NCBI GenBank assembly: GCA_963697165.1
Contig: CAVOMX010000022.1
Coordinates: 21,485-85,484, forward strand
From: Candidatus Bathyarchaeota archaeon
Lineage (GTDB): Archaea; Thermoproteota; Bathyarchaeia; Bathyarchaeales; Bathyarchaeaceae
Length of the DNA: 64,000 bases
Direction of reading: 5' to 3'
Shown: in pieces, positions 20,677 through 31,156 of the stretch
Layout: each line of letters opens with the position of its first letter
Position numbering within the stretch: the first letter of the stretch is position 1
Notes under the pieces: model-generated
Database searches by the model: none
Seen by the model: the letters and a program-made list of their open reading frames with translations, nothing else
What the model was told of the DNA's origin: nothing
Position numbers and translations under genes: made by a program

Positions 20677-20838
20677 TTACCTGAGTGTTCCTTTTAGTGC
20701 GTCTGCTTTTAGCCTGAGAGAATCCAGTGCTTCCTCGCAGTGTAGACAGGAGTTTCCGTTTTTCTCTGGGTCTTTCAACGTGTACCTTCCATTTTTCCAG
20801 TTTATGCAATTTGTGCAGTCGCATAATGGGTAATCCAT
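20677..20838 (-). CDS. 53-aa Cys-rich mini-protein downstream of second arsR (not in ORF track)
   Basis: MDYPLCDCTNCINWKNGRYTLKDPEKNGNSCLHCEEALDSLRLKADALKGTLR*; CxCxxC and CxxC. Confidence 0.55.
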   Translation of the reverse strand: MDYPLCDCTNCINWKNGRYTLKDPEKNGNSCLHCEEALDSLRLKADALKGTLR

Positions 20839-20875
20839 TAACTACGCCTTCTGGTTTGCTCGTTTTACTTTCAAT

Positions 20876-21199
20876 CTACATGATCTGCTCTAGCATCTTT
20901 TTTATTAATGCATTGATGAGCTCAGGGGTTAGGTCATCAATGATCTTGAATATTTGTTGATCTGTTATTGAGTAGAGTCTTCTGTTGCCGTCTTTTCTGT
21001 ATCTGACTATTCCACAATCCTTCAAAATCTTTAGGTGCCGAGAAACCAATGGCTGGATGAGCTTAACATGAGGGATAATTTCGCATACACATTTCTCTCT
21101 GTCGCGCAGAAAGTCCAGTATGTCAAGCCGAACTGGGTCTGACAATGCCTTGAAGATTTTGGCTTTAAACTTGTCGTCGATTTGCGAGAGCATTATCAA
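20876..21199 (-). CDS. arsR: ArsR/SmtB family repressor (second copy)
   Basis: FKALSDPVRL, EKCVCEI, QPLVSRHL--LK. Confidence 0.92.
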   Translation of the reverse strand: MIMLSQIDDKFKAKIFKALSDPVRLDILDFLRDREKCVCEIIPHVKLIQPLVSRHLKILKDCGIVRYRKDGNRRLYSITDQQIFKIIDDLTPELINALIKKMLEQIM

Positions 21200-21290
21200 A
21201 AATAGGAAAGATAAATATATTTAAATATTGTTATGAACTTTTACTGGTTCTAATCAAAAAATCATAGATCACAAAGAGGCGACAAAAAGA

Positions 21291-21581
21291 ATGACAGAAG
21301 AAACATACAAAGGAATCCCTCGAAGCAAGATACCATGGTATCCAATAATCAACTACGAAAAATGCATCAACTGCGGAAAATGCGTAGAATATTGCACGCT
21401 CGGCGCGTACGAATTTGAAGAGAAGGACGGAAAAAAGAGGTCTGTCGTGAAAAACCCGAACAACTGTGTGGTACTTTGTACAGGCTGTGAATCGCAATGC
21501 CTCGTCGGCGCCATAACTCACCCTTCGAAGGAAGAGACCCGAAAAGTAATCAAGAAACTGCAGAAAGCCCAATCCACCTGA
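21291..21581 (+). CDS. 2[4Fe-4S] ferredoxin
   Basis: CINCGKCVEYC and CVVLCTGCESQC motifs; IPR--IPWYP N-terminus. Confidence 0.88.
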   Translation: MTEETYKGIPRSKIPWYPIINYEKCINCGKCVEYCTLGAYEFEEKDGKKRSVVKNPNNCVVLCTGCESQCLVGAITHPSKEETRKVIKKLQKAQST

Positions 21582-21762
21582 GTTATGACTGGCTTCCTGC
21601 CTTCATTTTTGTTAATTTCAACTATAAACAGCTATTTTACCGTTCTAAAGCACTTTTTTGAAGTCACATAATTAACAGAATTATCAAAGTTCGTAAAAGA
21701 AAACTTCAAAGTATCCTTCAAGAAAAGCTGTCCATTCCATCTATAACAAGACTACCAGTTCT

Positions 21763-22854
21763 TTATTCTGAGCCTACTAGCTGCTTGTAGTTCTTCTCAA
21801 TTTCTTTTAGCAGAACATCTTTGGTTATTTTGTTGTTCGATTTTAGTATGGCGGCTATTGATGCTCCTCCGCATGCGACGCCCTCTTTTACTACTCCCGC
21901 TTCATACGCTTTCAATCCATCAAACCTTGTTTTGCTAAAGTCCAAGTCCGCAGCTAATACTGGAACATCGGCAATCTTGGAGACTAGACCTTTGAGGTCA
22001 GCAGTTTTGTCCTCTATTATCCACCGTGTAGTTCCAATCGCCACGTTACCTAGAACTTTTGGGTTTGACGCGTTGACAACAGCTAACACGGCAGCCATCT
22101 GGGTTCCCCCCGCCATGATGACAGGCACATTTTTTGCGGCGCCAATAACAAGTCCTGCATGGGCAGGCTGCATAGGGTCACCCACAGATGAAACAGCTTT
22201 TATGGGGTCATCCGCGAATTCGCCTGCCTTGACTTTTGCGGCTTTGAGTGCCGCCTCAGCCGTTTTTATTTTGAGTTCATGAGGGTTAATTGGCATGCTG
22301 CTGCTGACCTTTCCCTTCGCGTCTACTCCCATGGCTAATAGGACGCTTAGGGCTGTTGTGGTGCCTCCGGGAATACTTTCGCCAACCACCAGATAGTCAA
22401 CGGTCTTTGACAGGTTTTCTCCAAGAATCTTTGCTCGGTTCATTACTTCCTCTGCATTATCAAGGGCATTTCCCGTTCGTATGTCTCTTCCGGGGCAGCC
22501 GCCCAACTCCACAAAAGGAACATGCGGCTTAACTTTCAAGCCTGCACTCACCACAAGAGTTGGTATATCCGCCAGATTCAGGGCAGACATTGTTATGAGT
22601 GCGGGAGTCGGAATTCCATCCGGCGTCACGGGCACGCCCGGTATGCATTTGCATTTTCCTAGCTGAAGAAGTTCAACGTCGGCGGGTGGCGTATAATCTG
22701 TTATCTCCGGGTTCGCTCCTGCCGCTGATATACCCTGAATCTTCGCTGTTTCAGTTACGCCGATAACACACATGAAAAGAGGCTTCTTTCCTGCTAACTG
22801 AGTTAGCATGGCTGCGCCTCCTGTTTTGTTATTTGCCAAAATTATGTCCCGCAT
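21763..22854 (-). CDS. cobT: Archaeal nicotinate-nucleotide-dependent phosphoribosyltransferase CobT (TIGR00303 family)
   Basis: GISAAG, TP--DVE, PTPALIT, GESIPGGTTTA, AGGTQM, G-VKEGV. Confidence 0.9.
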   Translation of the reverse strand: MRDIILANNKTGGAAMLTQLAGKKPLFMCVIGVTETAKIQGISAAGANPEITDYTPPADVELLQLGKCKCIPGVPVTPDGIPTPALITMSALNLADIPTLVVSAGLKVKPHVPFVELGGCPGRDIRTGNALDNAEEVMNRAKILGENLSKTVDYLVVGESIPGGTTTALSVLLAMGVDAKGKVSSSMPINPHELKIKTAEAALKAAKVKAGEFADDPIKAVSSVGDPMQPAHAGLVIGAAKNVPVIMAGGTQMAAVLAVVNASNPKVLGNVAIGTTRWIIEDKTADLKGLVSKIADVPVLAADLDFSKTRFDGLKAYEAGVVKEGVACGGASIAAILKSNNKITKDVLLKEIEKNYKQLVGSE

Positions 22855-22974
22855 TTTCTATCATTCCGCAGCCTTTAATGGTCATTTCTGAGTTAATGGG
22901 TGGACTATCCAACCAATATTTAAATCTCTTACTGAAAATATGTTCATAACCGACAAATCTGGTTTGGTGACATT

Positions 22975-23475
22975 ATGGAAACCAAGTTCGATAACCTGCC
23001 CCTACTTAAGTACCTCGAAGCCCACGGAGTAACCCTAAAGGACCTACTAGACACAGCACTTGAACTATACATCCCCCATCCGGGCATAGAAACAAGAGAA
23101 AAAGCAGTTGAGCTGTTCAAGGATGGATTCTACGAGGCACTAACAGACGTGAACGTTTCAGTCCTAGAGGTAGCATGCTTCCGCGCAGAAGAGGACGGTC
23201 AAGCTGGATTGATTCCACTTCTTCCCGTAGAACAATTCAAGGGAAGCCCCGGGCTGATCGTTGACGAACTGCTGGGCATGACAATAGCTAATTACATTGC
23301 GGGAGCCAGAGGTATCTTCGAGTTCATAAGGTATGATCAGGTTAAACCAGGAATTTTGAGGACGTTGGGTCCAATAGCAAACGATGCAATCGGCGGGTTA
23401 ATTGCCGGCGTCTCTTCTAAAATCTATTCTTGTGCTCTGGAGAAACAGAAAATCGAAAAAATGGATGAAAGTTAA
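22975..23475 (+). CDS. cobZ: Alpha-ribazole phosphatase CobZ (PgpA-like archaeal family)
   Basis: DVNV, DELLGM-IANYIAG-RGIFEF-RYD--KPGIL--LGP; divergent from cobT. Confidence 0.8.
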   Translation: METKFDNLPLLKYLEAHGVTLKDLLDTALELYIPHPGIETREKAVELFKDGFYEALTDVNVSVLEVACFRAEEDGQAGLIPLLPVEQFKGSPGLIVDELLGMTIANYIAGARGIFEFIRYDQVKPGILRTLGPIANDAIGGLIAGVSSKIYSCALEKQKIEKMDES

Positions 23476-23973
23476 CGCGTTCCGCTACTCTTTGGGGTTG
23501 CGCCAAAATAGTGCGAGGCTGAGGCTCACGTTTATAGAATAGATGCTCCGGAATCTCAAATCTGAACCGTGCCCTTTCTAACCCTAACACTATGTTCGTT
23601 ATGGTAGGCAAAAACTTTCTTTTGTAAGACGAAACGTATAAAACTGATTGCAAACGCAGGCGTTCAAATCTGTTGCGTGGTCAACTTTTTTTGGCTCGGA
23701 AACTTTGGTGTTATTTGCAGAAAAATTTTTCCCGATACGCTAATATACGAAAACTTAATAGGATGCAGGTTTTGTAATGACAAAATTTATTAATGGGCAC
23801 GTTGGTTTACGTTGTTAGCTTCAGAAAGTAAAAATGAGGCTTATTAAGGAGAACCGTCTTTTAGGTTGGACGCATCCGACCCAGCGGAGGAAACTCCCAA
23901 TTTGAAAAAAACTGAGACAAAACAATCAAACTTCCCCTGTTACTACAATACTTTAGGGAGGATTTAGAAAAAG

Positions 23974-26900
23974 TTGGTAATATCACAAAACGATCTTCTA
24001 CTTCTCCAAAAATCTTTCTTTAAAGAGAAAGGCTTAGTTAGACAGCACTTAGATTCATACAACAAATTCATCGACAGTGGACTGCAAGAAGTCATCGATG
24101 AAATAGGCGAAATCAAAATTGAAATCCCAGAGATGCCATACAAGATAAAACTTGGTCAACTTTGGATAATTGATCCACAATCAAAAATCAGCAGACCATA
24201 CAAAACCGAAGTCGATGGAACAAAACACGAAATTTTCCCAATGGAAACTCGCTTCCGTAACCTAACCTATGCTGCACCTCTGGCGCTGGAGATGACTCCA
24301 GTTATAGAAGGAAGAGAACAGGAACCTGAACTTGTTCTCATAGGCGACCTTCCTGTTATGCTAAAATCTAAGCTCTGTATTCTTTCCCAATTAACCGACG
24401 AAGAGCTAATCGAGTATGGAGAAGACCCATACGATCCCGGAGGTTACTTCCTGATCAACGGCTCCGAAAGAGTTATTGTTGCCATGGAAGACTTAGCCCC
24501 AAACCGTATTCTCGTGGACATCGACACCCGAGGAACAAAACCGGTCTATCAAGCAAAAATCTTCTCAACGACCGTAGGTTTCAGAGCAAGAATCCAACTG
24601 CGAATGAAATCTGACGGCGGAATCTCCGTTTCAATACCCGGAGTACCCACAGAAGCCCCATTTGTGATTCTGATGCGAGCCCTCGGAATAGAATCAGACA
24701 AGGAAATCGCAGAAACCGTTTCTCCTAATCCAATAGTGCAGAACGAACTTGAAGCCTCTTTCGAAAAAGCCGCAGGATTCGACACTGTTCAGGACGCAAT
24801 AATGTACATAGGAAACCGCGTCGCCCACGGTCAAGTGGAGGAATACCGTAAACAGAAAGCTAAAAGCATAATCGACCGCAATTTTCTGCCTCATATTGGT
24901 CGAACTGAAGAAGACCGTTTAGAAAAGGCGTTATTTCTAGGCGAGATGGCTAGCCGAGTTATTGAACTGAAGCTTGGAAAACGTACACCGGACGACAAAG
25001 ACCACTTCAAGAACAAGCGACTTAAACTTGGTGGTCCTTTGTTATCTGATCTTTTCAGGATAGCCTTTAGGAACCTGTGCAGAGACATAAAGTATCAGCT
25101 TGAACGGATGGGCATCAAGAGGCAGATTATTACAATCTCTGCTGCTGTCCGTCCCGGAATAGTTTCTGATAGGCATCGCCACGCTTTGGCAACAGGTAAC
25201 TGGGGCAGAGGACGCGTTGGCATCACCCAGCTCCTTGACCGAACAAACACGGTCTCTACTTTGAGTCATCTTAGACGTTTGCAGTCTCCTCTAAGCCGTA
25301 GTCAACCGAACTTCGAGGCTCGAGACTTGCACCCCACTCACTGGGGAAGACTCTGTCCAAACGAAACCCCTGAAGGCTCAAACTGTGGTCTTGTAAAGAA
25401 TCTTTCTTTAGGCGCTTCTATTTCTATCTATGTCGATCCTGCTGGAATTAAACAGCTTCTCTATCAGATGGATGTAGTTCCCGTAGCGGAAACAGATGTG
25501 GATATACGCGCTTCAAGCGCCAAAGTTTACGTCAATGGCTCCATTCTAGGTTACAGTGCGTCTCCACAGAAACTAGTTGATGAGATACGAAGAAAACGTA
25601 GGAATGGAGAACTATCTACCGAAATTAACGTTGCATACTTCTCGAAGCTTCAAGGAGAAAGTGAAGAGGTTTACATCAGCTGCGATCAGGGACGTGTACG
25701 TCGTCCTCTTATCATAGTTGAAAATGGAGTCCCTAAACTAAAACCTGAGCATATTGAAAAGCTCCGATCTGGCGAATGGGCTTGGGGAGACATCATCCAA
25801 AAGGGAATACTTGAATACATCGACGCTGAAGAAGAAGAAAACATCTATGTCGCAATAGATTTTGACAAAATTACTCCTGAACACACGCATGTGGAGATTG
25901 CCACTTACACTATTCTCGGAATCTGCGCCTCAATAATACCGTACCCTGAGCATAACCAGTCACCCCGTAACTCGTATGAGGCAGCTATGTCCAAGCAGGC
26001 CCTTGGAATCAACCTGACCAATTTCCCGAATCGAGTTGACTCCAGATGCCACATTCTACACTACCCACAAACACCCCTAGTTAAAACGAAACCCATGGAC
26101 ATCATCGGATACACCGATAGGCCATCAGGACAGAACTGTGTTGTCGCTATCTTATCCTTTGAAGGCTACAACATGGAAGACGCCATCATATTCAACAAAG
26201 CCTCCATTGAACGCGGTTTGGTACGCTCAACATTCTTCCGAATCTACGAAGCAGAGTGCCGCCAATATCTGGGAGGTCTCAGAGACAGATTCTTGGTTCC
26301 TGAACAAGGAATCAGAGGCTACAGAGGTGAACAATACTACCGTCTTCTGGAACCTGACGGCATCATTAGCCTAGAATCTGAGGTAGCTGGAGGCGACGTA
26401 CTTATCGGAAGAACTAGTCCGCCAAGATTCCTTGAAGAATACAAAGAGTTTGAAGTTAAAGGTCCAACAATGAGGGACACGTCAGTTGATGTGCGATCAT
26501 CCGAAACAGGTGTTGTTGATGACATTTTCATCACAGAGACTGGCGAAGGAAGCAAGATTGTGAAAGTCAGAGTCCGCGACCAGCGTATACCTGAACTGGG
26601 AGACAAATTTGCTTCTCGTCACGGACAAAAAGGAGTCGTCGGAATGGTTGTTCCACAAGAGGACATGCCTTTCTCTCCAAAAGGAATCGTTCCAGATATC
26701 ATAATCAATCCTCACGCTATGCCGTCACGAATGACAATTGGCCAGTTCCTTGAATCCATTGCCGGAAAAGTTGCCTCAGCAAGAGGTAGACCCGTTGACG
26801 GAACACCATTTAGCAATGAAGGACCAGAGCAACTAAAGAAAGAACTTGTTAAACTGGGATTCAGTCACACCGGAAGAGAGATTCTCTACAGCGGCATTTC

Positions 26901-27336
26901 TGGAGAAAAGTTTGTTGTCGACATTTTCATTGGAGTAGTCTACTACCAGAAGCTTCACCACATGGTTGCAGACAAGATGCACGCCAGAGCTCGTGGACAG
27001 GTTCAAATGTTGACCCGTCAACCAACTGAGGGTCGTGCAAGGGGCGGTGGATTGCGGTTTGGTGAGATGGAACGAGACTGTTTGATTGGTCACGGCGCCG
27101 CCATGGTACTAAGAGACAGGCTGTTGGAAGAGTCTGACAAGTATCTGTTGTATGTGTGCGAAAACTGTGGATTCATTTCCTACTATGACATTAAGCAACG
27201 CAAATACACATGCAGAATCTGTGAAGACAAAGCCCAGGTATCGCCGGTAGTCGTATCATATGCCTTCAAACTTCTTCTACAAGAGATGATGAGTTTGTGT
27301 ATAACTCCACGCCTAAAACTGAAGGAGAGAGCATAA
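23974..27336 (+). CDS. rpoB: DNA-directed RNA polymerase subunit B (Rpo2, unsplit)
   Basis: GGYFLINGSERV, GDKFASRHGQKG, GGLRFGEMERD, C-terminal Zn ribbon. Confidence 0.99.
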   Translation: MVISQNDLLLLQKSFFKEKGLVRQHLDSYNKFIDSGLQEVIDEIGEIKIEIPEMPYKIKLGQLWIIDPQSKISRPYKTEVDGTKHEIFPMETRFRNLTYAAPLALEMTPVIEGREQEPELVLIGDLPVMLKSKLCILSQLTDEELIEYGEDPYDPGGYFLINGSERVIVAMEDLAPNRILVDIDTRGTKPVYQAKIFSTTVGFRARIQLRMKSDGGISVSIPGVPTEAPFVILMRALGIESDKEIAETVSPNPIVQNELEASFEKAAGFDTVQDAIMYIGNRVAHGQVEEYRKQKAKSIIDRNFLPHIGRTEEDRLEKALFLGEMASRVIELKLGKRTPDDKDHFKNKRLKLGGPLLSDLFRIAFRNLCRDIKYQLERMGIKRQIITISAAVRPGIVSDRHRHALATGNWGRGRVGITQLLDRTNTVSTLSHLRRLQSPLSRSQPNFEARDLHPTHWGRLCPNETPEGSNCGLVKNLSLGASISIYVDPAGIKQLLYQMDVVPVAETDVDIRASSAKVYVNGSILGYSASPQKLVDEIRRKRRNGELSTEINVAYFSKLQGESEEVYISCDQGRVRRPLIIVENGVPKLKPEHIEKLRSGEWAWGDIIQKGILEYIDAEEEENIYVAIDFDKITPEHTHVEIATYTILGICASIIPYPEHNQSPRNSYEAAMSKQALGINLTNFPNRVDSRCHILHYPQTPLVKTKPMDIIGYTDRPSGQNCVVAILSFEGYNMEDAIIFNKASIERGLVRSTFFRIYEAECRQYLGGLRDRFLVPEQGIRGYRGEQYYRLLEPDGIISLESEVAGGDVLIGRTSPPRFLEEYKEFEVKGPTMRDTSVDVRSSETGVVDDIFITETGEGSKIVKVRVRDQRIPELGDKFASRHGQKGVVGMVVPQEDMPFSPKGIVPDIIINPHAMPSRMTIGQFLESIAGKVASARGRPVDGTPFSNEGPEQLKKELVKLGFSHTGREILYSGISGEKFVVDIFIGVVYYQKLHHMVADKMHARARGQVQMLTRQPTEGRARGGGLRFGEMERDCLIGHGAAMVLRDRLLEESDKYLLYVCENCGFISYYDIKQRKYTCRICEDKAQVSPVVVSYAFKLLLQEMMSLCITPRLKLKERA

Positions 27337-27337
27337 A

Positions 27338-30300
27338 ATGTCAACGGAAGATTCAATTCATAAGATTATAGACGAGCTTTATTTCGGACTTTTTTCCCCC
27401 CAAGACATCCGTAGACAATCAGTTGCAGAAATACAGACCGCCGATACCTACGACGAGGATGGAGCTCCGATAACCTCTGGACTCATGGACGGCAGGTTAG
27501 GAACTCTTGAGCCCAGACAAAGATGCAAAACGTGCGGAAACACTGCCATAAGATGCCCAGGACACTTTGGTCACATAGAATTAGCTGTTCCAATTATTCA
27601 TGTTGAATTCACGAAAATAATTCACAACCTTCTTCAAGCTACCTGCAGAAACTGTGGACGCATTCTGCTTCCTGAAAGCCGTGTTGAAAAGATTAAGAAC
27701 ATGATTAAAGAGACAATGAATCTGTTGGGTGACGTTCCAGCCGACATTTACAAGAAGGTAATGAAAGAAGCCAAGAAGAAAGATTGTCCTTATTGTGGTG
27801 CTCAGCAATCGAAGATAGACTTTGCGAAACCCACAACCTTTTACGAGGTTCTCGATGAAGGCGCGCAGAGATTAACTCAGAGCATGATTCGAGAAAGGCT
27901 TGAAAGGGTACCCGACCAAGACCTTGAATTGTTCGGCTTTAATCCCGCAACTGCTAGACCAGAATGGATGATTCTACAGGTTCTTCCTGTTCCTCCAGTT
28001 TACGTGCGTCCATCAATAACATTAGAGTCAGGTATTCGCTCCGAGGACGATTTAACCCATAAGCTCGTGGACATAATTCGTATCAATCAGCGGCTACGAG
28101 AAAACATGGAGGCAGGCGCCCCAACGCTAATTATCCAAGACTTGTCTGAGCTGCTTCAGTATCACGCTACAACATATTTCAACAACGAGGCTTCAGGAAT
28201 CCCCCCTGCCCGACACCGTTCGGGAAGAGCCCTCAAAACAATATCTCAGCGTCTAAAGGGAAAAGAGGGACGATTCCGAAGCAACCTTTCCGGAAAACGT
28301 GTAGACTTTTCGGCGCGTACCGTGGTTTCGCCCGACCCCAACCTTGACATCAACGAGGTCGGCGTTCCAATGGAAATAGCCATGAGGCTTTCTATGCCCG
28401 AAAAGGTTACAGTCTGGAACATCGAAGAGATGCGGAAACTGATTATTAATGGTCCTGAAACATTCCCTGGTGCACTCTATGTTGTGAGACCGGATGGAAA
28501 AAGGGTCAGGCTAGAGTTTGTTGTTGAACGAGACAAAGTTGCCGAATCTCTGGAAACTGGTTTCGTTGTTGAACGTCATCTTATGAACGGCGACGTTGCA
28601 ATCTTTAACAGGCAACCTTCACTTCACCGAATGTCTATTATGGCTCATTATGTTCGAGTTTTGCCGCATAAGACGTTCCGTTTGCATCTGTGTGTTTGTC
28701 CTCCATACAACGCCGACTTTGACGGGGACGAAATGAATCTTCACGTGCCTCAAGGCGAAGAGGCTCAGACCGAAGCGCGGCTTCTGATGCAAGTTCAAGA
28801 CCAGATTCTTTCGCCAAGATTTGGTGGACCTATCATCGGCGCTATTAGAGACTTCATAACATCATCTTATCTTTTAACCAGAAAAGCCAATGTTCTAACT
28901 AAAGAAGAAGTTTGTAGATTACTTGTAGCATCAGGTTTTGAGGGACCTTTGCCTGAACCTTTCATTAAAGAACCCAAGTCTCTTTGGAATGGAAAACAGA
29001 TATTCAGTCTCTTCCTTCCAAAAGACCTGAACTACGTATTGAAGTCAACTATCTGCCGTAATTGCACAACCTGTCTAGGCGAAAACTGTCCTAACGACGC
29101 TTACGTGGTTATTAAGAACGGAGTTCTAAAATGTGGCATCATTGACAGACGTTCCATCGGCGCTGAGCAATCGGAAAGCCTATTTCATCGGATAATCAAG
29201 GATTATGGGTCAGAGACTGCAAGAAAGTTTCTTAACGACATATGTCAACTTCTCAAAGTCTTCATTAGTCTGCGAGGTTTCACCTTCTCATACGACGAAC
29301 TTGAACTGTCTGATGCTGCTCGAAAGAAGATTAAACGAAACATGGGCATAATCGAGAAACGCATAGAAAAACTGATCACGGACTATCGTGATGATACACT
29401 GCCACGTCTTCCTGGACAGACTCTTAACGAATCCTTCGAGCTCTATGTAATGAACGAACTTGCTGAAGCTCGAGACAAGGCTGGTAAAGTTGCAGACGAG
29501 GACTTTGAGCTTGAGAATTCTGGAATAATTATGACCAGAACTGGAGCGCGTGGTTCTAACCTTAACATCGGCCAGATGGCAGCCTCTGTAGGTCAGCAGG
29601 CTGTAAGAGGGAAACGTATCATGCGTGGTTACGTTAACCGTGCGTTGTCTCACTTCCAAGAGGGAGACCCCACCCCCAAGGCTAGGGGTTTCGTGTATGC
29701 TTCATACCAAACCGGGTTAGACCCAATCGAATATTTCTTCCACGCCATGGGTGGAAGAGAAGGTCTGGTAGACACTGCGGTTAGGACTCAGCAGAGTGGT
29801 TACATGCAGAGGCGCCTTATTAACGCGCTTGAGCAGCTTCGGGTTGAGTATGACGGAACTGTGCGGAATTCTACTGGAGACATCATACAACTCCAATATG
29901 GAGAGGATGGTGTTGACCCCGCTAAGAGTGATCATGGGCAAGCAGTTAACGTCAGTCGTATCGTTGATCAGGTAAAGATTATGGTCGATGAGGAAAAGCC
30001 TGCCTCTAAAGAGTATGCTATGGGACGCCTCGGCGAAGTTGAAGACCAGTTGACTCCACTTCTTGTAAGAGAGCTAAAGTCTGAGTTGGCGAAGGCCCGA
30101 TTTGGTCGTAAAGGCGTTGACCAATGCATCACTTTGACTTTAGATAACTATCAGCGGTCTCTTGTTGAGCCTGGAGAAGCTGTTGGTATTGTGGCTGCTC
30201 AGTCTATTGGGGAGCCTGGAACCCAGATGACTCTTCGAACTTTCCATTATGCTGGTGTGCGAGAACAGAACGTTACTCTTGGTTTGCCTCGGCTCATCGA

Positions 30301-31156
30301 GATTGTTGATGCTAGGCGAAGCCCTTCAACTCCTGTAATGACCATCTATCTTGATAAGGAGCATCGGAAGAGCAGGGAAACGGCAACAGAGATTGCTCGC
30401 GAAATCATCACCACAACGTTAGAGGACATAGCAGAGGCTGAGCCTTACATAGATCCTGAACTTGAGGTGGTTGTTGTAAAACTTGATTCCGAAATGATGA
30501 ATGAACGTGGCGTCAACCCTGAGGATCTGCCTAATGTTATAAAAATGACGAACTATGAACTTAGTTTTGAGGGCGACCTTTTGATATTTAAGCCTAAAAA
30601 GCAGGTAGACATGAAGAAGCTCTTGAATTCTCTTCCATCTGAGCATATTAAGGGTGCACCTGGACTTCGTAGGGTTCTTGTCACAGAGGAGACTGGAGAA
30701 TGGGTTATCCGAACGGATGGCTCGAACCTGTCTGCTGTTCTTGATGTTGCTGGTATCGACCCGACGCGGACAACCACAAACAACGTTCATGAAATCGCTG
30801 AAACCCTTGGTATTGAGGCGGCTAGAAATTCGTTGATTAAAGAAGCCATGGGCGTTCTGGAGGAGCAGGGTCTTGATGTTGACATACGACATGTTATGTT
30901 GATGGCGGACATCATGACTTCAACGGGTGATGTGAGGCAGATTGGACGGCATGGAATCAGCGGTAAGAAGTCTAGTGTTCTTGCTAGGGCAGCCTTCGAG
31001 ATTACTGTTCCAAACCTCGTTGAGGCAGCTATCCACGGAGAAAGCGATCCGTTGAAGGGTGTAACCGAAAACGTTATAGTCGGGCAATCAATACCCATCG
31101 GCACAGGACTAGTAGACCTTTACATGACAACAGCTAACAGAGAGAAGAAAGAATGA
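27338..31156 (+). CDS. rpoA: DNA-directed RNA polymerase subunit A, fused A'-A'' (Rpo1N+Rpo1C)
   Basis: YNADFDGDEMN catalytic motif and QSIGEPGTQMTLRTFH trigger loop in one 1272-aa ORF. Confidence 0.98.
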   Translation: MSTEDSIHKIIDELYFGLFSPQDIRRQSVAEIQTADTYDEDGAPITSGLMDGRLGTLEPRQRCKTCGNTAIRCPGHFGHIELAVPIIHVEFTKIIHNLLQATCRNCGRILLPESRVEKIKNMIKETMNLLGDVPADIYKKVMKEAKKKDCPYCGAQQSKIDFAKPTTFYEVLDEGAQRLTQSMIRERLERVPDQDLELFGFNPATARPEWMILQVLPVPPVYVRPSITLESGIRSEDDLTHKLVDIIRINQRLRENMEAGAPTLIIQDLSELLQYHATTYFNNEASGIPPARHRSGRALKTISQRLKGKEGRFRSNLSGKRVDFSARTVVSPDPNLDINEVGVPMEIAMRLSMPEKVTVWNIEEMRKLIINGPETFPGALYVVRPDGKRVRLEFVVERDKVAESLETGFVVERHLMNGDVAIFNRQPSLHRMSIMAHYVRVLPHKTFRLHLCVCPPYNADFDGDEMNLHVPQGEEAQTEARLLMQVQDQILSPRFGGPIIGAIRDFITSSYLLTRKANVLTKEEVCRLLVASGFEGPLPEPFIKEPKSLWNGKQIFSLFLPKDLNYVLKSTICRNCTTCLGENCPNDAYVVIKNGVLKCGIIDRRSIGAEQSESLFHRIIKDYGSETARKFLNDICQLLKVFISLRGFTFSYDELELSDAARKKIKRNMGIIEKRIEKLITDYRDDTLPRLPGQTLNESFELYVMNELAEARDKAGKVADEDFELENSGIIMTRTGARGSNLNIGQMAASVGQQAVRGKRIMRGYVNRALSHFQEGDPTPKARGFVYASYQTGLDPIEYFFHAMGGREGLVDTAVRTQQSGYMQRRLINALEQLRVEYDGTVRNSTGDIIQLQYGEDGVDPAKSDHGQAVNVSRIVDQVKIMVDEEKPASKEYAMGRLGEVEDQLTPLLVRELKSELAKARFGRKGVDQCITLTLDNYQRSLVEPGEAVGIVAAQSIGEPGTQMTLRTFHYAGVREQNVTLGLPRLIEIVDARRSPSTPVMTIYLDKEHRKSRETATEIAREIITTTLEDIAEAEPYIDPELEVVVVKLDSEMMNERGVNPEDLPNVIKMTNYELSFEGDLLIFKPKKQVDMKKLLNSLPSEHIKGAPGLRRVLVTEETGEWVIRTDGSNLSAVLDVAGIDPTRTTTNNVHEIAETLGIEAARNSLIKEAMGVLEEQGLDVDIRHVMLMADIMTSTGDVRQIGRHGISGKKSSVLARAAFEITVPNLVEAAIHGESDPLKGVTENVIVGQSIPIGTGLVDLYMTTANREKKE

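Noticed and set aside
15948..21600. tRNA-integrated mobile element carrying the ars genes
   Set aside because: No integrase or transposase, and no duplicated tRNA 3' end (att site) found by eye
23886..23898. GAGGAAACTCC resembling RNase P RNA CR-I
   Set aside because: No downstream CR-II to CR-V or P1 pairing; it forms a local GNRA hairpin and rpoB starts ~75 nt later
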